Shown: in pieces, positions 49,238 to 59,337 of the stretch | Layout: each line of letters starts with the position of its first letter | How positions within the stretch are numbered: the stretch's first letter is position 1 | Assembly: GCA_040755995.1 (NCBI GenBank) | Contig: JBFMAF010000055.1 | Coordinates: forward strand, 96,001 to 160,000 | Direction of reading: 5' to 3' | DNA: 64,000 bases | Source: Acidobacteriota bacterium | GTDB taxonomy: Bacteria; Acidobacteriota; CAIWXX01 | The notes under the pieces: model-generated | Database searches by the model: none | The model's input: only the letters and a program-made list of their open reading frames with translations | What the model was told of the DNA's origin: nothing | Translations under genes and position numbers: made by a program

Positions 49238-50605
49238 TCAGGATCGCGCGCGCCTGCGGCGGGCCCGCACCGCCGCGCGGACCTCGAAGGTCGGCACGAG
49301 GCCGCCTCCGGCGGTCACGTTCAGCAGCGCCGAAGTTGACAGCCGGCAGAGACACCCGCCCATCTCCCCGGCGAAGAAATACGGGTTGGTGTCGTAGCGG
49401 AACGAAGCCATTTTCAGCTCCCCATTCTCCCACACCGGGTACTCCGCCTCCGGGACGTTCACCTTCTCCTGCACCACGTAGCAGTCCGCGAGCGCCTTGC
49501 CCACGGCCTCATCCCACTGCGAATCGGTGCACTCCCAGCCGACGTACAGTCCCTTGCCTCCGTACTCGTCATTCGGCTTGAGGATGAGGTTCTCGCGATT
49601 CCTGCGGATGAAGACAGGCAGGTCGATCTTACTACCCCTGTAGTAAGTTTTGGCCTCCTCGACGCGCCGCGTCCAAGGTATATGCCGGCGGAGCACCTGG
49701 TGCTCGCGCCGCGTGAAGACCGGGCGGTAACGTTCGTGGGTGAGGATGTCGAACAGGGCCTTGACGTTGAGCAGCTTGCCGCGGAATGGATTGACCATGC
49801 AGACGGCGTTTCGTTTGGCTCCTTCGATCATCGCCGCGCTGTCCTGGCGTCGCGCCAGAAGCTCGCTCACGACCACCCGCTTGTACAAGATGTCGATCCT
49901 GCGCCCGCGCGCGGTGAGACGATCGCGCCTCAGGACCATTTCGCGTGGATCGCAGACCAGGGCCGGATAGCCGGCGGCTTCGAAATGCTGTCTCAGGATT
50001 TCGAACTCGGGTTCGGTGGAAACCCCCTTCCAGTCTACGATCGCGATTGTAGGGGTGCCGGTGCCGCCCCATTGGCGGAAGCAGGTGAGGAGCGCCGCCA
50101 GGATGCGGTCGCGCGATGTGCACGCCTGCAGCTTGAAGCGCGTCTCGAAACGCATGACAAGCGGCTCGTTGAGGTAGATCTGGTGGAGCTCGTCCAGGTA
50201 GGCGGCGCCGCCGGGGCTGTCGACGTTCAGCTCCACGAAGCGGAACGACGACCGGTCGTAGAAGCAGTCCAGTCGCGAGAAGATGGCCGAGCCGGGGTAT
50301 CCATGATCCACCCACACCAGCTCGCGCTCCTCGCCCTCGAACCCGAGCCGCGTGAGCACCTCGGGATTCTCCAGCGCGAGCTTTTCGACCTTCGCGAAGC
50401 AGGCGAACAACACGCGGCAGGTCCGGCGCATCTCTCGAACCTGCGCGCTGGTGACCAAGTGCGGGCGCAAGGCGGTCCGTATGAGCTCGCCTCCGAAGCG
50501 CAGGTTGCGCCGCTCTTTTTCGGCTTCGATGCGTTCCGCCATCTCGCGGGTTGCCGCCGGATCGCGCGCGAGCAGCGCGTTGTAGTACTCGATCGCCTTG
50601 CGCAT
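49238..50605 (-). CDS. circularly permuted ATP-grasp ligase (paralogue 1)
   Basis: SRLD, FVELN.DSPGG, IAIVDW, IDILYKR, LKPNDEYGGKG, VVQE, LNVTAGGG; GAGGAGG RBS. Confidence 0.8.
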   Translation of the reverse strand: MRKAIEYYNALLARDPAATREMAERIEAEKERRNLRFGGELIRTALRPHLVTSAQVREMRRTCRVLFACFAKVEKLALENPEVLTRLGFEGEERELVWVDHGYPGSAIFSRLDCFYDRSSFRFVELNVDSPGGAAYLDELHQIYLNEPLVMRFETRFKLQACTSRDRILAALLTCFRQWGGTGTPTIAIVDWKGVSTEPEFEILRQHFEAAGYPALVCDPREMVLRRDRLTARGRRIDILYKRVVVSELLARRQDSAAMIEGAKRNAVCMVNPFRGKLLNVKALFDILTHERYRPVFTRREHQVLRRHIPWTRRVEEAKTYYRGSKIDLPVFIRRNRENLILKPNDEYGGKGLYVGWECTDSQWDEAVGKALADCYVVQEKVNVPEAEYPVWENGELKMASFRYDTNPYFFAGEMGGCLCRLSTSALLNVTAGGGLVPTFEVRAAVRARRRRARS

Positions 50606-50634
50606 ACGACCTCCTCAGCCGGCCGTCGACGGGC

Positions 50635-52740
50635 TCACCCCTGGGCTCCCGCGGCGGAAGCCGCCGCCACCAACCACTCCAACATCTCCGTGTAGTCCAG
50701 GCGGGGATTGTATCCCTCGACGCGGAACCTGACCCGGCCTTTCGGATCTACGATCAGGGTCAGGGGTATTCCTTCTATCCGGAAGCGGCTTCCTGCTTTG
50801 GGATCCATCAGCACGGGAAACGTGAAGTTCTTGTTCTTGAGGTACTGCTCGACACGGCCTGCGGGCTCCTCTACGTTGATCGCCATGATTGCCATTGCAG
50901 GGTCGTTCTTGTGCTTATCGTAAAACTTCTGGAACTCAGGCAGCTCGCTCCTGCACGGAAGACACCAACTCGCCCACAGGTTCAGAACCATGGTCTTGCC
51001 GAGGAGTCCCTTCGACGTCATGCTCGCCTCGGTGCCAAACCGCTTCAGCTCGAATTGCGGCAGCGGCTCGGGAGCGACCTTGAACTGCTCCAGCACCTGA
51101 GCCTGTGACTCGCTCTTTGCGGTCCTCCTCAACGCGTCCACGTAGTCGCTCCAACCCAGCTCCCCGCCGGACTTGCGCAGATACATCTCCTTCAGAGCGG
51201 CCTCCGCCGCCGGCGAGAGATTCGATTGGCGGTAGGCGGCCTCGAGGTGGCGCTTCGCGGCATCCCAGTCCTTCTCTTGAGTGGCAAGAACGCCGAGCAT
51301 CCGGTGCCATTCGGCGGCGGAATCCGACGCCGGGAATGTCTCGAGCAGGCGTTGGAGCAGCGGCCCGGCCTCGCCGTACCTCCCGCTGTCGAAGTACGCC
51401 CGGGCCATCAGCTCGTCGGCCGAGTTGTCGACCCAGCGGCGCATGTCCTGCGGGACCTCGTAGCCCGGGGGCGTGTTTTCGAAAGCCGACTGCGCACGCC
51501 TGGCCCAGAGGACAGCCTTCTCAGGTACGCCTGCATCCAGGTAGCCTCGAGCGATGACCAGCCAGGTCCGCGCGGCCAGCGCGGGCGCAACAGGCGTGTC
51601 CCTGAGGTCGGCGATTTCCGACCAGCGATCGAGCGCCTCAGCCAGCTTCGTCTTGTCTCCAGCCTTGGTCAGGATCTGGACAAGCACATGATATGCGCGC
51701 GAGCGGAGCGGCGGCTCCGGTGTCGTCTGTATCAACGCGCGGGCCTTGGCTTCAGCCTCGGCGATGCTCCCCTGGTTCAGCAGGCGCATTGCCTCGTCCA
51801 GCCCCGAGTTCAGCTCCACTCGGGCCGTTGTCTCCGACTTCGGAAAGCGCCGCTTCAGCTCATCGAGAAGCGAGGCGGCGCGGTCCTTCTGGCCGAAGAG
51901 CTCGTAGGTTCCGATTGCCAGATCGAGGGAGTCAGCATCGCGGTCGCGCCGCGTGAGGAAGTCCTCCAGGTCGGAGAAGATCTGGTCGAGGCCGATGGGA
52001 GGCGGGTTCATCTGGCGAAGCACACCGTACTTCATCCTCCGGATGAGCACCGAATCCGGGTCGCACTTCTCCGCGGCCACCACCTGCCGGTATGCCTCTG
52101 CATAGGCGCCCACGGCGAGGTGGACGCTGGCCGAGCCCAACAAGGGAGAGGCCCAGCCGGGCGTCAGCTCGGCGGCTCGAGCGTACTCGTCGAGCGCCTT
52201 CTCCCGGTTCCCGCTCTTCTCCGAATTCCTCCGGTAAGCCTCCCCCAGCCAGTAGTGCAGCACGTCGCTCCGAGGTTGCCTCTCGATTGATTCGCGGAGG
52301 TACGCCTCGGCACCGGGGGACTTGAGCTGGAGGAGCAGGTAGCCTTTCATCGCGGCGAGCGCCGCGTTTTCGGGGTAGGCCTTCAGCCCTCTCTCGATTT
52401 CCAGCAGTGCTGCGTCGGCCCCCTTCTCTTCTTCCAGCCGCGCGCGCAGAACGTACAGCGCGGCGCGCTCTCCGAACCTCGTCTGGAACTCGGTGATCTT
52501 GGCCCTGAGCGCCTCGCCCTTGACCGAGTGAGAGACGCAGTACATATACTCGTCCACGGCGTCCGGTGGAGGCGCTTGGCTCTTCACGACCAACGGTTCC
52601 AGCAGCGCTGCTCCCATATCGTAGTGGTAGTTCAAGCGGAGCAACCGGGCGGTGGATGTAGCACTCTGAGTCTGTTGCGCATGGGACATGAGCGGTAGGA
52701 GGCACGAGATCAGGGCACTCAGCCCGAGGCGGGTCACCAT
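50635..52740 (-). CDS. exported TPR-repeat protein with C-terminal TlpA-type thioredoxin domain
   Basis: signal peptide ending SHA-Q, many TPRs, LNLWASWCLPCRSELP, GIPLT..VDP.G. Confidence 0.85.
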   Translation of the reverse strand: MVTRLGLSALISCLLPLMSHAQQTQSATSTARLLRLNYHYDMGAALLEPLVVKSQAPPPDAVDEYMYCVSHSVKGEALRAKITEFQTRFGERAALYVLRARLEEEKGADAALLEIERGLKAYPENAALAAMKGYLLLQLKSPGAEAYLRESIERQPRSDVLHYWLGEAYRRNSEKSGNREKALDEYARAAELTPGWASPLLGSASVHLAVGAYAEAYRQVVAAEKCDPDSVLIRRMKYGVLRQMNPPPIGLDQIFSDLEDFLTRRDRDADSLDLAIGTYELFGQKDRAASLLDELKRRFPKSETTARVELNSGLDEAMRLLNQGSIAEAEAKARALIQTTPEPPLRSRAYHVLVQILTKAGDKTKLAEALDRWSEIADLRDTPVAPALAARTWLVIARGYLDAGVPEKAVLWARRAQSAFENTPPGYEVPQDMRRWVDNSADELMARAYFDSGRYGEAGPLLQRLLETFPASDSAAEWHRMLGVLATQEKDWDAAKRHLEAAYRQSNLSPAAEAALKEMYLRKSGGELGWSDYVDALRRTAKSESQAQVLEQFKVAPEPLPQFELKRFGTEASMTSKGLLGKTMVLNLWASWCLPCRSELPEFQKFYDKHKNDPAMAIMAINVEEPAGRVEQYLKNKNFTFPVLMDPKAGSRFRIEGIPLTLIVDPKGRVRFRVEGYNPRLDYTEMLEWLVAAASAAGAQG

Positions 52741-52948
52741 GAGGTCGCTCCCGGCGAGGCTGCGCCTCGGGCCCACGAGCTGCTGAGGTACCCGCATGCT
52801 GGCCGAAGGCTTGTTCGAGCACCCGTATCGGTCCGGGGCGGCTGTCGGGAACGAGTACGCCGCCGGTTGGATGTGTTTATGACGCATCGCTCCGAGAAGT
52901 TCATACCATCGCAACATGTTTCTTCGCCTCAAGCCCTTCTGGTTCTCC

Positions 52949-54055
52949 TCAGTATACTCCCACGAGCGTGTCCTGGATGAGGTGATCCACGACGGCTCGC
53001 ATGTCGTTGGTCTGCGCGAAGACCTGGAGTTGCCGGTCCGCACTGGTTCCTTCTCTCAGAATCGTGTGCAAGTACGAGACCTCTCGTCGCGAGCCGAGCT
53101 GGTCCACTACGTCGTCAACGAAGTCGAGCAGCTCCATCATGAGACTCGCCGTGTCGACTTCCGTCCTCTTGCCGAAATCGATCAACTTGCCCGATATGCC
53201 GTATCTCAACGCTCTCCACTTGTTCTCCTCGATCAGTGACCGGCGGTACAACCGGAAGCCCATATTCTGAGAGTAGAGCTTGTAGAGCTTCGCGACGATC
53301 GCCTGGATGAGCGCCGCTATGCAGATCGTCTCTTCGAGACGCGTGGTCAGGTCCATGATGCGGAATTCGAGCGTTGGGAAGAACCAATGAGGGCGCACGT
53401 CCCACCAGATCTTCTTGCCATTGTCGACACAACCGGTTTTCATCAAGAGCTTCACATAGTTCTCGAACTCCGCCCAGGACTCGAAGTAGTCCGGGATGCC
53501 GGTTCTGGGGAACCGCCTGAATATTGAGCACCGTGTGCTCTTCAGGCCCGTGGGGCGTGCCAGCCAGAAGGGGGAGGAGGTGGTAAGGGCGAGGATGTGG
53601 GGGAGGAAGTAGCGTACGGCGTTCATGAGCTCGATCGAGACATCCCGGTCCTTGACGCCGACATGGACGTGCAGGCCGAAAATGAGATTGGCACGGGCCA
53701 CATCCTGCATGTCTTCGATGATTTCTTTGTAGCGGGCGTGGTCCGTCACGTCCTGGGTGCGCCAGTCTGAAAACGGGTGTGTGCCGGCGGCGACCATGCG
53801 AAGGTCCGACCGGCGCGCGAGCTGGTCGACGCACTGCCTGAGCAGGCGGAGGTCATCGCGTGCCTCCGCAACATTGCTGCAAATTCGCGTCCCGACCTCG
53901 ACTACCGACTGGTGCAGCTCCGGCTTGACTCGCTCGCCCAGCAGCAGCTTCCCCTCACCCATGATCGTCTCGATGTGGCTCCGCAGCTCCCGTGTCTCCG
54001 GGTCGACGATCTGGTACTCCTCTTCGATGCCAAGGGTGAACTGTTTGAATTCCAC
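52949..54055 (-). CDS. carboxylate-amine ligase, YbdK/GCS2 family
   Basis: FTLGIEEEYQIVDP, AGTHPF, FGLHVHVG, SSPFW, FPRTG.P, IWWDVRP, TLEFRI.D, ENKWRA.RYG; GTG with GGGAGG RBS. Confidence 0.92.
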   Translation of the reverse strand: MEFKQFTLGIEEEYQIVDPETRELRSHIETIMGEGKLLLGERVKPELHQSVVEVGTRICSNVAEARDDLRLLRQCVDQLARRSDLRMVAAGTHPFSDWRTQDVTDHARYKEIIEDMQDVARANLIFGLHVHVGVKDRDVSIELMNAVRYFLPHILALTTSSPFWLARPTGLKSTRCSIFRRFPRTGIPDYFESWAEFENYVKLLMKTGCVDNGKKIWWDVRPHWFFPTLEFRIMDLTTRLEETICIAALIQAIVAKLYKLYSQNMGFRLYRRSLIEENKWRALRYGISGKLIDFGKRTEVDTASLMMELLDFVDDVVDQLGSRREVSYLHTILREGTSADRQLQVFAQTNDMRAVVDHLIQDTLVGVY

Positions 54056-54232
54056 GGGGCCACCTCCCATTGATGATTGGCATTCTACACCAGCCGATGC
54101 CGCGGCTCCAATGGGCCCTGAATCCTCAAGTCCGCCGGCGGGCACATGGCATGCGCGGACGTGAATGGATCGGTATGGATCGGTGTTGTGGAGCGCAGGT
54201 GCGCCCAGGAGCTCGAGCGCCGGGCCGGCGGC

Positions 54233-55600
54233 TCAGCCGACGACGAAGGTCGGGACCTGGCCTCCGCCGCTCGTCACGTTGCAGAGCGAGCCGGCAGAGA
54301 GTCTCGTCAGGCAGCCCACCACGCCACGACCGCTGAAGATGAAGGGATCCATGTCGACGATCATTTCCTTCAGCCGGAGATTCTCGCGGATGTCGGGGAA
54401 GGGTTCCTTCCTGACATCGACTCGCTGCTGCACGATGTAGCCCCCGTCCATGGCCTTGCGGATGTGCTGGTTCCACGCATCCTGCTCGGTCTCCCACCCG
54501 ATGACCACACCGCGGCCGCCGTAGTCGTCGTTCGGTTTCAAGACGAGCTTTCGTCGATTCCCCTCTATGTATGCCAGCAGCTCGATCTGCCTCCCGTTCA
54601 ACTTGACCCGCTGGTCCGCAACCTTGCGCGTCCAGGGTATGTGCTCCAGCACGGCCTGGCGCGTTTCGGGCTTCATGGCATCCAGAAACTCGTCCTCGTG
54701 GAGGGCGGCGAAGATCGCCTTCTTGTGGAGGACCTTGGTGCGGAACGAATTCACCACACAGACCCTGCCGCTGCGATAGGCCTCTGCCATCGGGATGCAC
54801 TCGCCCAGCTTCTCCAGGAACTCGTCGACCAGAACGCGCCGGTAGACCAGGTCGATTCGAAAATCGCCGCGGTAGAGCTTCTTGTTTCGCAGCTCGAGGT
54901 GGCGGGGATCGCAGATGATGGTCCTGTAGCCCCGCCTATCGAAGAACTCGGCCACGATCTCGAACTCGGTGCGCGTCGGCACGTCCTCCCAGTCCACGAT
55001 GGCGATATTCGGCTTGTTGCGGCCCCCCCACTGGCGATAGGCCGCGACCAATGTCGCCAGCAGGGCCGGCAGCGCCTGGACGTGGGCGATCTTTCTGTGC
55101 TTCCGGAACTCCTTGAAGGTCGGCAGCGCCGAGAATATCTCCGCCAGTACGTCCCCGTACCCGATCCCGGTGGGGCACTCCGCATTGTATTCGACGAACT
55201 TGAACGACGTGGGCGTGAGAAACGAGTCCAGGCGCGACGTGGCAGAGGCGGCCTTGAAGCCTGGTTCGTAGCGGAAGAACTGCTTCTCGAGGTCGCTCAA
55301 GCCGAGCCAGTCCAGCCACCTGGCGTCCGCCAGCGCCCGGTTGACCACCAGGTCGAAGGCGGGCTTCAAGGACTTCACGACGTCGCGGACATAGCCGTAC
55401 TCCGCCCGCGAAAGGAAGAACGGACGCAGAAACGGGCAGAGCACGCGATCGCCGTACGAGATGCCCCGGAGGCGCATCCTCTCCTGCATCTCCGCGACGC
55501 CATCCAACGCCATCGTGCGATCCCGGGCGATGATTGCGTGGTAGTCTCTGATGACTTCTTCGGTCAGAGATGCCGCTTTCTGCAAGTCAACCTTGGGCAT
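54233..55600 (-). CDS. circularly permuted ATP-grasp ligase (paralogue 2)
   Basis: SRLD, FVEYNAECPTG, IAIVDW, IDLVYRR, LKPNDDYGGRG, IVQQ, CNVTSGGG. Confidence 0.8.
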   Translation of the reverse strand: MPKVDLQKAASLTEEVIRDYHAIIARDRTMALDGVAEMQERMRLRGISYGDRVLCPFLRPFFLSRAEYGYVRDVVKSLKPAFDLVVNRALADARWLDWLGLSDLEKQFFRYEPGFKAASATSRLDSFLTPTSFKFVEYNAECPTGIGYGDVLAEIFSALPTFKEFRKHRKIAHVQALPALLATLVAAYRQWGGRNKPNIAIVDWEDVPTRTEFEIVAEFFDRRGYRTIICDPRHLELRNKKLYRGDFRIDLVYRRVLVDEFLEKLGECIPMAEAYRSGRVCVVNSFRTKVLHKKAIFAALHEDEFLDAMKPETRQAVLEHIPWTRKVADQRVKLNGRQIELLAYIEGNRRKLVLKPNDDYGGRGVVIGWETEQDAWNQHIRKAMDGGYIVQQRVDVRKEPFPDIRENLRLKEMIVDMDPFIFSGRGVVGCLTRLSAGSLCNVTSGGGQVPTFVVG

Positions 55601-55767
55601 CCGCTCGCTATAACTCCCTCATTCTTTCGGCCAGCCAACTGGAGCTTCACAGGATTCGTCACTGCATCCATGCATCGGCAAACCACTAATATACCCCAAA
55701 ACAGACTGAAAAACAACAGGTTTCCCGTGTCGCGCGCCTGTGTTATACATCTTCCGGTGTGAGGCGT

Positions 55768-57423
55768 ATGCGAATAGGAATAGCACAGATCAACACGACC
55801 GTCGGCGATTTCAGCCAGAACGTACGAAAGATCACGAGCTTCGCGCGAAGGGCCGCAGACCGCGGCTGCGATCTGGTTATCTTCCCGGAGATGGCCGTGT
55901 GCGGGTACCCTCCACGGGACCTTGTCGAAAAAGAGGACTTCATCTCGCTGAACCTCGACGCGCTCGACGCGGTGATCCGCCGGGCACCGAAGCAGATCTC
56001 CCTGGTTCTCGGCTTCATCGATCGGAACACCTCTACGACCGGCAAGCCGTTTTTCAACGCGGCGGCCGTGATCCGCGACGGCGCGCGAGTCTCCACCCAC
56101 TACAAGTCCCTCCTGCCGACTTATGACGTGTTCGACGAGGGGAGATACTTCGAGCCTGCGCCCTATGTGAGCGTGGCTCAGGTCGGCGATGCCCGCGTGG
56201 GCATCACGATCTGCGAGGACGTCTGGAACGACAAGCACTACTGGCGGAAGCGGCTCTACCACCGGGATCCCGTGGAGCGGCTTTCGAAAGAGGGGATCGA
56301 TTTCCTCGTCAACATCTCAGCGTCTCCTTACTCGGTCGGGAAGCAGCAACTCCGCGAGGAGATGCTCACGGCGCTTGCAGCCGGCCTCAAGGTCCCGGTC
56401 GCCTACTGCAACCTCGTAGGCGGCAACGACAGCCTGATCTTCGACGGCGCCAGCTTCGGCCTCGGCCCCGGCGGGGAGAAGCTGGCGCAAGCCAGGGAGC
56501 TGGCGGAGGATCTCGTGTGCTTCTCAACCGACGGCTCGGCGGGTGACGTGCATCGGGCCGCCGGCGGCCCGATCGATGCCCTTTATCACGCGCTCGTGCT
56601 CGGCACGCGCGACTACTGCCGCAAGTGCGGCTTCAAGAAGGCAGTCGTCGGCCTTTCCGGCGGCATCGACTCGGCCCTGACGGCCTGCGTCGCCGCCGAG
56701 GCTCTCGGCCCCGCCAACGTGCTCGGCGTCACCATGCCGTCCACCTACTCGTCCAGAGGCAGCGTTGACGACTCCGTGAAGCTCGCCAGAAACCTTCGCA
56801 TCGCCTTCAAGCGCGTGCCGATCGAGCCGCTGCGCAAAGCATATCTGCGCAGCCTCGCCCCCGCCATCGACGGCGCGCCGGCGGGGGTGACCGAGGAAAA
56901 CCTCCAGGCCCGCATCCGCGGCAACATACTGATGGCCGTCTCGAACCGCTCGGGCCACCTCGTGCTCAGCACGGGCAACAAGTCCGAGCTCGCAGTCGGA
57001 TACTGCACGCTTTACGGGGACATGTGCGGAGGACTCGCGGTCATCTCCGATGTTCCCAAGCTCATGGTCTACCAGCTCGCCAACTATGTGAATCGAGACC
57101 GCGAGATCATCCCGTCAGATACGATCTCGAAGGCGCCCTCCGCCGAGCTCCGCCCGGACCAGCGCGACGAGGATTCTCTTCCGCCCTACCGCATCCTTGA
57201 TCCCATCCTGCGGATGTACGTCGAGGACAACTTGCGGATCGACGAGATCGTGAAGCAGGGATTCGATCGAAAGGTGGTCCGAGAGGTGGTTCGACTCATA
57301 CACAGGAGCGAATACAAGCGGCAGCAAGCCGCTCCGGGCCTCCGCGTCACCTCCCGCGCCTTCGGCCACGGCAGGAGATACCCGATCTCGGAACGGTTCG
57401 GCGAGGCCGTGCGTAGGCTCTGA
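55768..57423 (+). CDS. nadE: glutamine-dependent NAD+ synthetase
   Basis: nitrilase triad (FPE, YK, ICED) plus GLSGGIDS, ENLQARIR, GNKSE, PSAELRPDQ. Confidence 0.96.
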   Translation: MRIGIAQINTTVGDFSQNVRKITSFARRAADRGCDLVIFPEMAVCGYPPRDLVEKEDFISLNLDALDAVIRRAPKQISLVLGFIDRNTSTTGKPFFNAAAVIRDGARVSTHYKSLLPTYDVFDEGRYFEPAPYVSVAQVGDARVGITICEDVWNDKHYWRKRLYHRDPVERLSKEGIDFLVNISASPYSVGKQQLREEMLTALAAGLKVPVAYCNLVGGNDSLIFDGASFGLGPGGEKLAQARELAEDLVCFSTDGSAGDVHRAAGGPIDALYHALVLGTRDYCRKCGFKKAVVGLSGGIDSALTACVAAEALGPANVLGVTMPSTYSSRGSVDDSVKLARNLRIAFKRVPIEPLRKAYLRSLAPAIDGAPAGVTEENLQARIRGNILMAVSNRSGHLVLSTGNKSELAVGYCTLYGDMCGGLAVISDVPKLMVYQLANYVNRDREIIPSDTISKAPSAELRPDQRDEDSLPPYRILDPILRMYVEDNLRIDEIVKQGFDRKVVREVVRLIHRSEYKRQQAAPGLRVTSRAFGHGRRYPISERFGEAVRRL

Positions 57424-57599
57424 GCTCGCCAGCAGGCAGAGCACGGCCGTACACTGGCGAGGCGCTGCCTCGGACCGACTCCTACTACCTGCGCCTGACG
57501 CCCACATACCAGGGCCGACGGCCTGAACGAGTACCCGTGCCCGACCGGGGGCTGCCAGCGGGGACGGGTACAGGTAGGCACCCACATTGGAGCTGGCGC

Positions 57600-59186
57600 C
57601 TATCTGCGAACGGCGATGTCCTCCGCCAGTATGTAGCTGTCGTGGCGCGGTTGCCATGACAGCGATCCGTCCATCGCGTATACGTCCTGGTCGATATAGA
57701 GAGGGATCCAGACCAGGTCGTCCATCAGCTTGCTCATGGCCTCCTGAAGCGCCCGCCCCCGGTCGGCGATGTTCATGAGCTCGGTGTTCTCTCGCGCGAT
57801 CCGATCGATCTCCGGGTCCGAGTACGCGCCGTAGTTGATCCTTCCGAGAAGGCCCTGGGGGTCCGGGGAGTGGAAGGCGAGTTCGAGAACCTGGCTCGCG
57901 TCACCTATGGGGCAGCCGAGGCGAGAGAGCATGAAAGTCATCTCGTGCCTGCCGGCGGCCTGGAAGAATTCGTGGTCCTGCAACACCTTCAATCCGACCC
58001 GTACGCCCACCTCATCGAGCTGCTCTCTGACAAGCAGTGCCGCCTCACCCAGGATCTGCCGCACGTGCAGGGTGACTTCGAACCCGTCTGGGAGGCCCGC
58101 CTCCGCGAGAAACTCCCTGGCCAACGCCGGGTCGTATGGCGGCAGGCCGATCTCCGGATTGAATCCGAAGACGAAGGCCGGGACCGGCTGCGTCGCAGGA
58201 ACCGCGGCGGCGGTGAGACTGGATGCCAGCCGCTGGCGATCGATCGCAAGTGAAAGGGCCTTGCGCACCAGGCGGTTCTTGAACGGGTTCGGTCTGACCG
58301 CACAATACGGCGTGATGTCTCGCGCCATGTCGAACGCCAGGTACTTCACGAAAAGGCTCTCGCGTCGATGGATGCCGAACCGATCGCGCGCCTGCGCCAG
58401 CTTGTCGAGGTTCCTCGAGCTGCACTGGACGAACTGGGACTTGCCCGACAGCAGGTCCTCGATTGCGTCCTGCGGCGTACGCCGCAGATGAATCCGCACC
58501 TTTTGGAAGTCCGGTTTCTTGCCCCGGTACCGGTCATTCCGGTCTAGAGTGATCAAGTCCGGTTCCCACTTGTAGAGCTGGTAGGGTCCCGTGCCATCCA
58601 CCCTCTCGACCATTCTCTCCGCCGTCATCCCCTCCGGTATGATCAGCAGGAAGTTGAGCTTGTTCAGGAAAACGCTCTGAGGCCGCTTCGTGGTGATCTG
58701 GACCGCGTACGGATCGAGCTCCTTCACATCCTCTATCGCAGTTGTGTACGTTCCCATTTCCAGATTCCGGCTGGTCATGAGGCGCCGGAGCGAGTACACG
58801 ACGTCCCGGGCTTGCAGCGGCTTGCCGGAATGAAACTTCGCCGATCGTTCGAGGCGAAAGACCCAGGTCGAGGGATCCGGCGTAGCCCAGGTGCTGGCAA
58901 GGCACGGCTGCACCTTCAGGTTGGCATCGGTGCGCACGAGCGGCTCGTAGCAGTTGGCGAGGACCGCGAAATTGCTGATGGTGTCCGAGGCGTGCGGGTC
59001 AAGGGTATCCAGCTCGTAGGGCACCGAGATGTCGAGAGAGTCCGGGATGGGCCTCTGCTGCATCTTGCAGCCAGTCGAGAAGACCGACAGGACACAAGCG
59101 GCTGTGAGGGCGCCGGCGATCGTTACGCCTGCACGGCGCAGGCGTCCCGGCATGCCGCTGGTCATCGCCGTGACCGGTCCCGCCAT
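57600..59186 (-). CDS. family 5 ABC substrate-binding lipoprotein (DppA/OppA-like)
   Basis: lipobox-like STG-C, TLDPH, YEPLV, P.LA..W, FHSG, GTGPY, VRKALSLAIDR; start uncertain. Confidence 0.88.
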   Translation of the reverse strand: MAGPVTAMTSGMPGRLRRAGVTIAGALTAACVLSVFSTGCKMQQRPIPDSLDISVPYELDTLDPHASDTISNFAVLANCYEPLVRTDANLKVQPCLASTWATPDPSTWVFRLERSAKFHSGKPLQARDVVYSLRRLMTSRNLEMGTYTTAIEDVKELDPYAVQITTKRPQSVFLNKLNFLLIIPEGMTAERMVERVDGTGPYQLYKWEPDLITLDRNDRYRGKKPDFQKVRIHLRRTPQDAIEDLLSGKSQFVQCSSRNLDKLAQARDRFGIHRRESLFVKYLAFDMARDITPYCAVRPNPFKNRLVRKALSLAIDRQRLASSLTAAAVPATQPVPAFVFGFNPEIGLPPYDPALAREFLAEAGLPDGFEVTLHVRQILGEAALLVREQLDEVGVRVGLKVLQDHEFFQAAGRHEMTFMLSRLGCPIGDASQVLELAFHSPDPQGLLGRINYGAYSDPEIDRIARENTELMNIADRGRALQEAMSKLMDDLVWIPLYIDQDVYAMDGSLSWQPRHDSYILAEDIAVRR

Positions 59187-59235
59187 TCTGCTGCATCCTC
59201 GCGGGCAGACGAGGAGGTCCGGGATTCCGAGACCC

Positions 59236-59305
59236 CCACTCTCTCCGCGAGGTGCGGCCAGAGGGGGCCTGACATGCTTCATCGGCCCGAGGCCGCGCCT
59301 GGTTA
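59236..59305. repeat. dispersed ~70-nt palindromic element, copy B
   Basis: shares ccactctct.cgcgagg.gcggcca and catgcttcatcgg.ccgaggccgc with 6552..6620. Confidence 0.7.
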
Positions 59306-59337
59306 GTCGGTCCCCGCGGCCGTCCTGGCTGGCCAAG

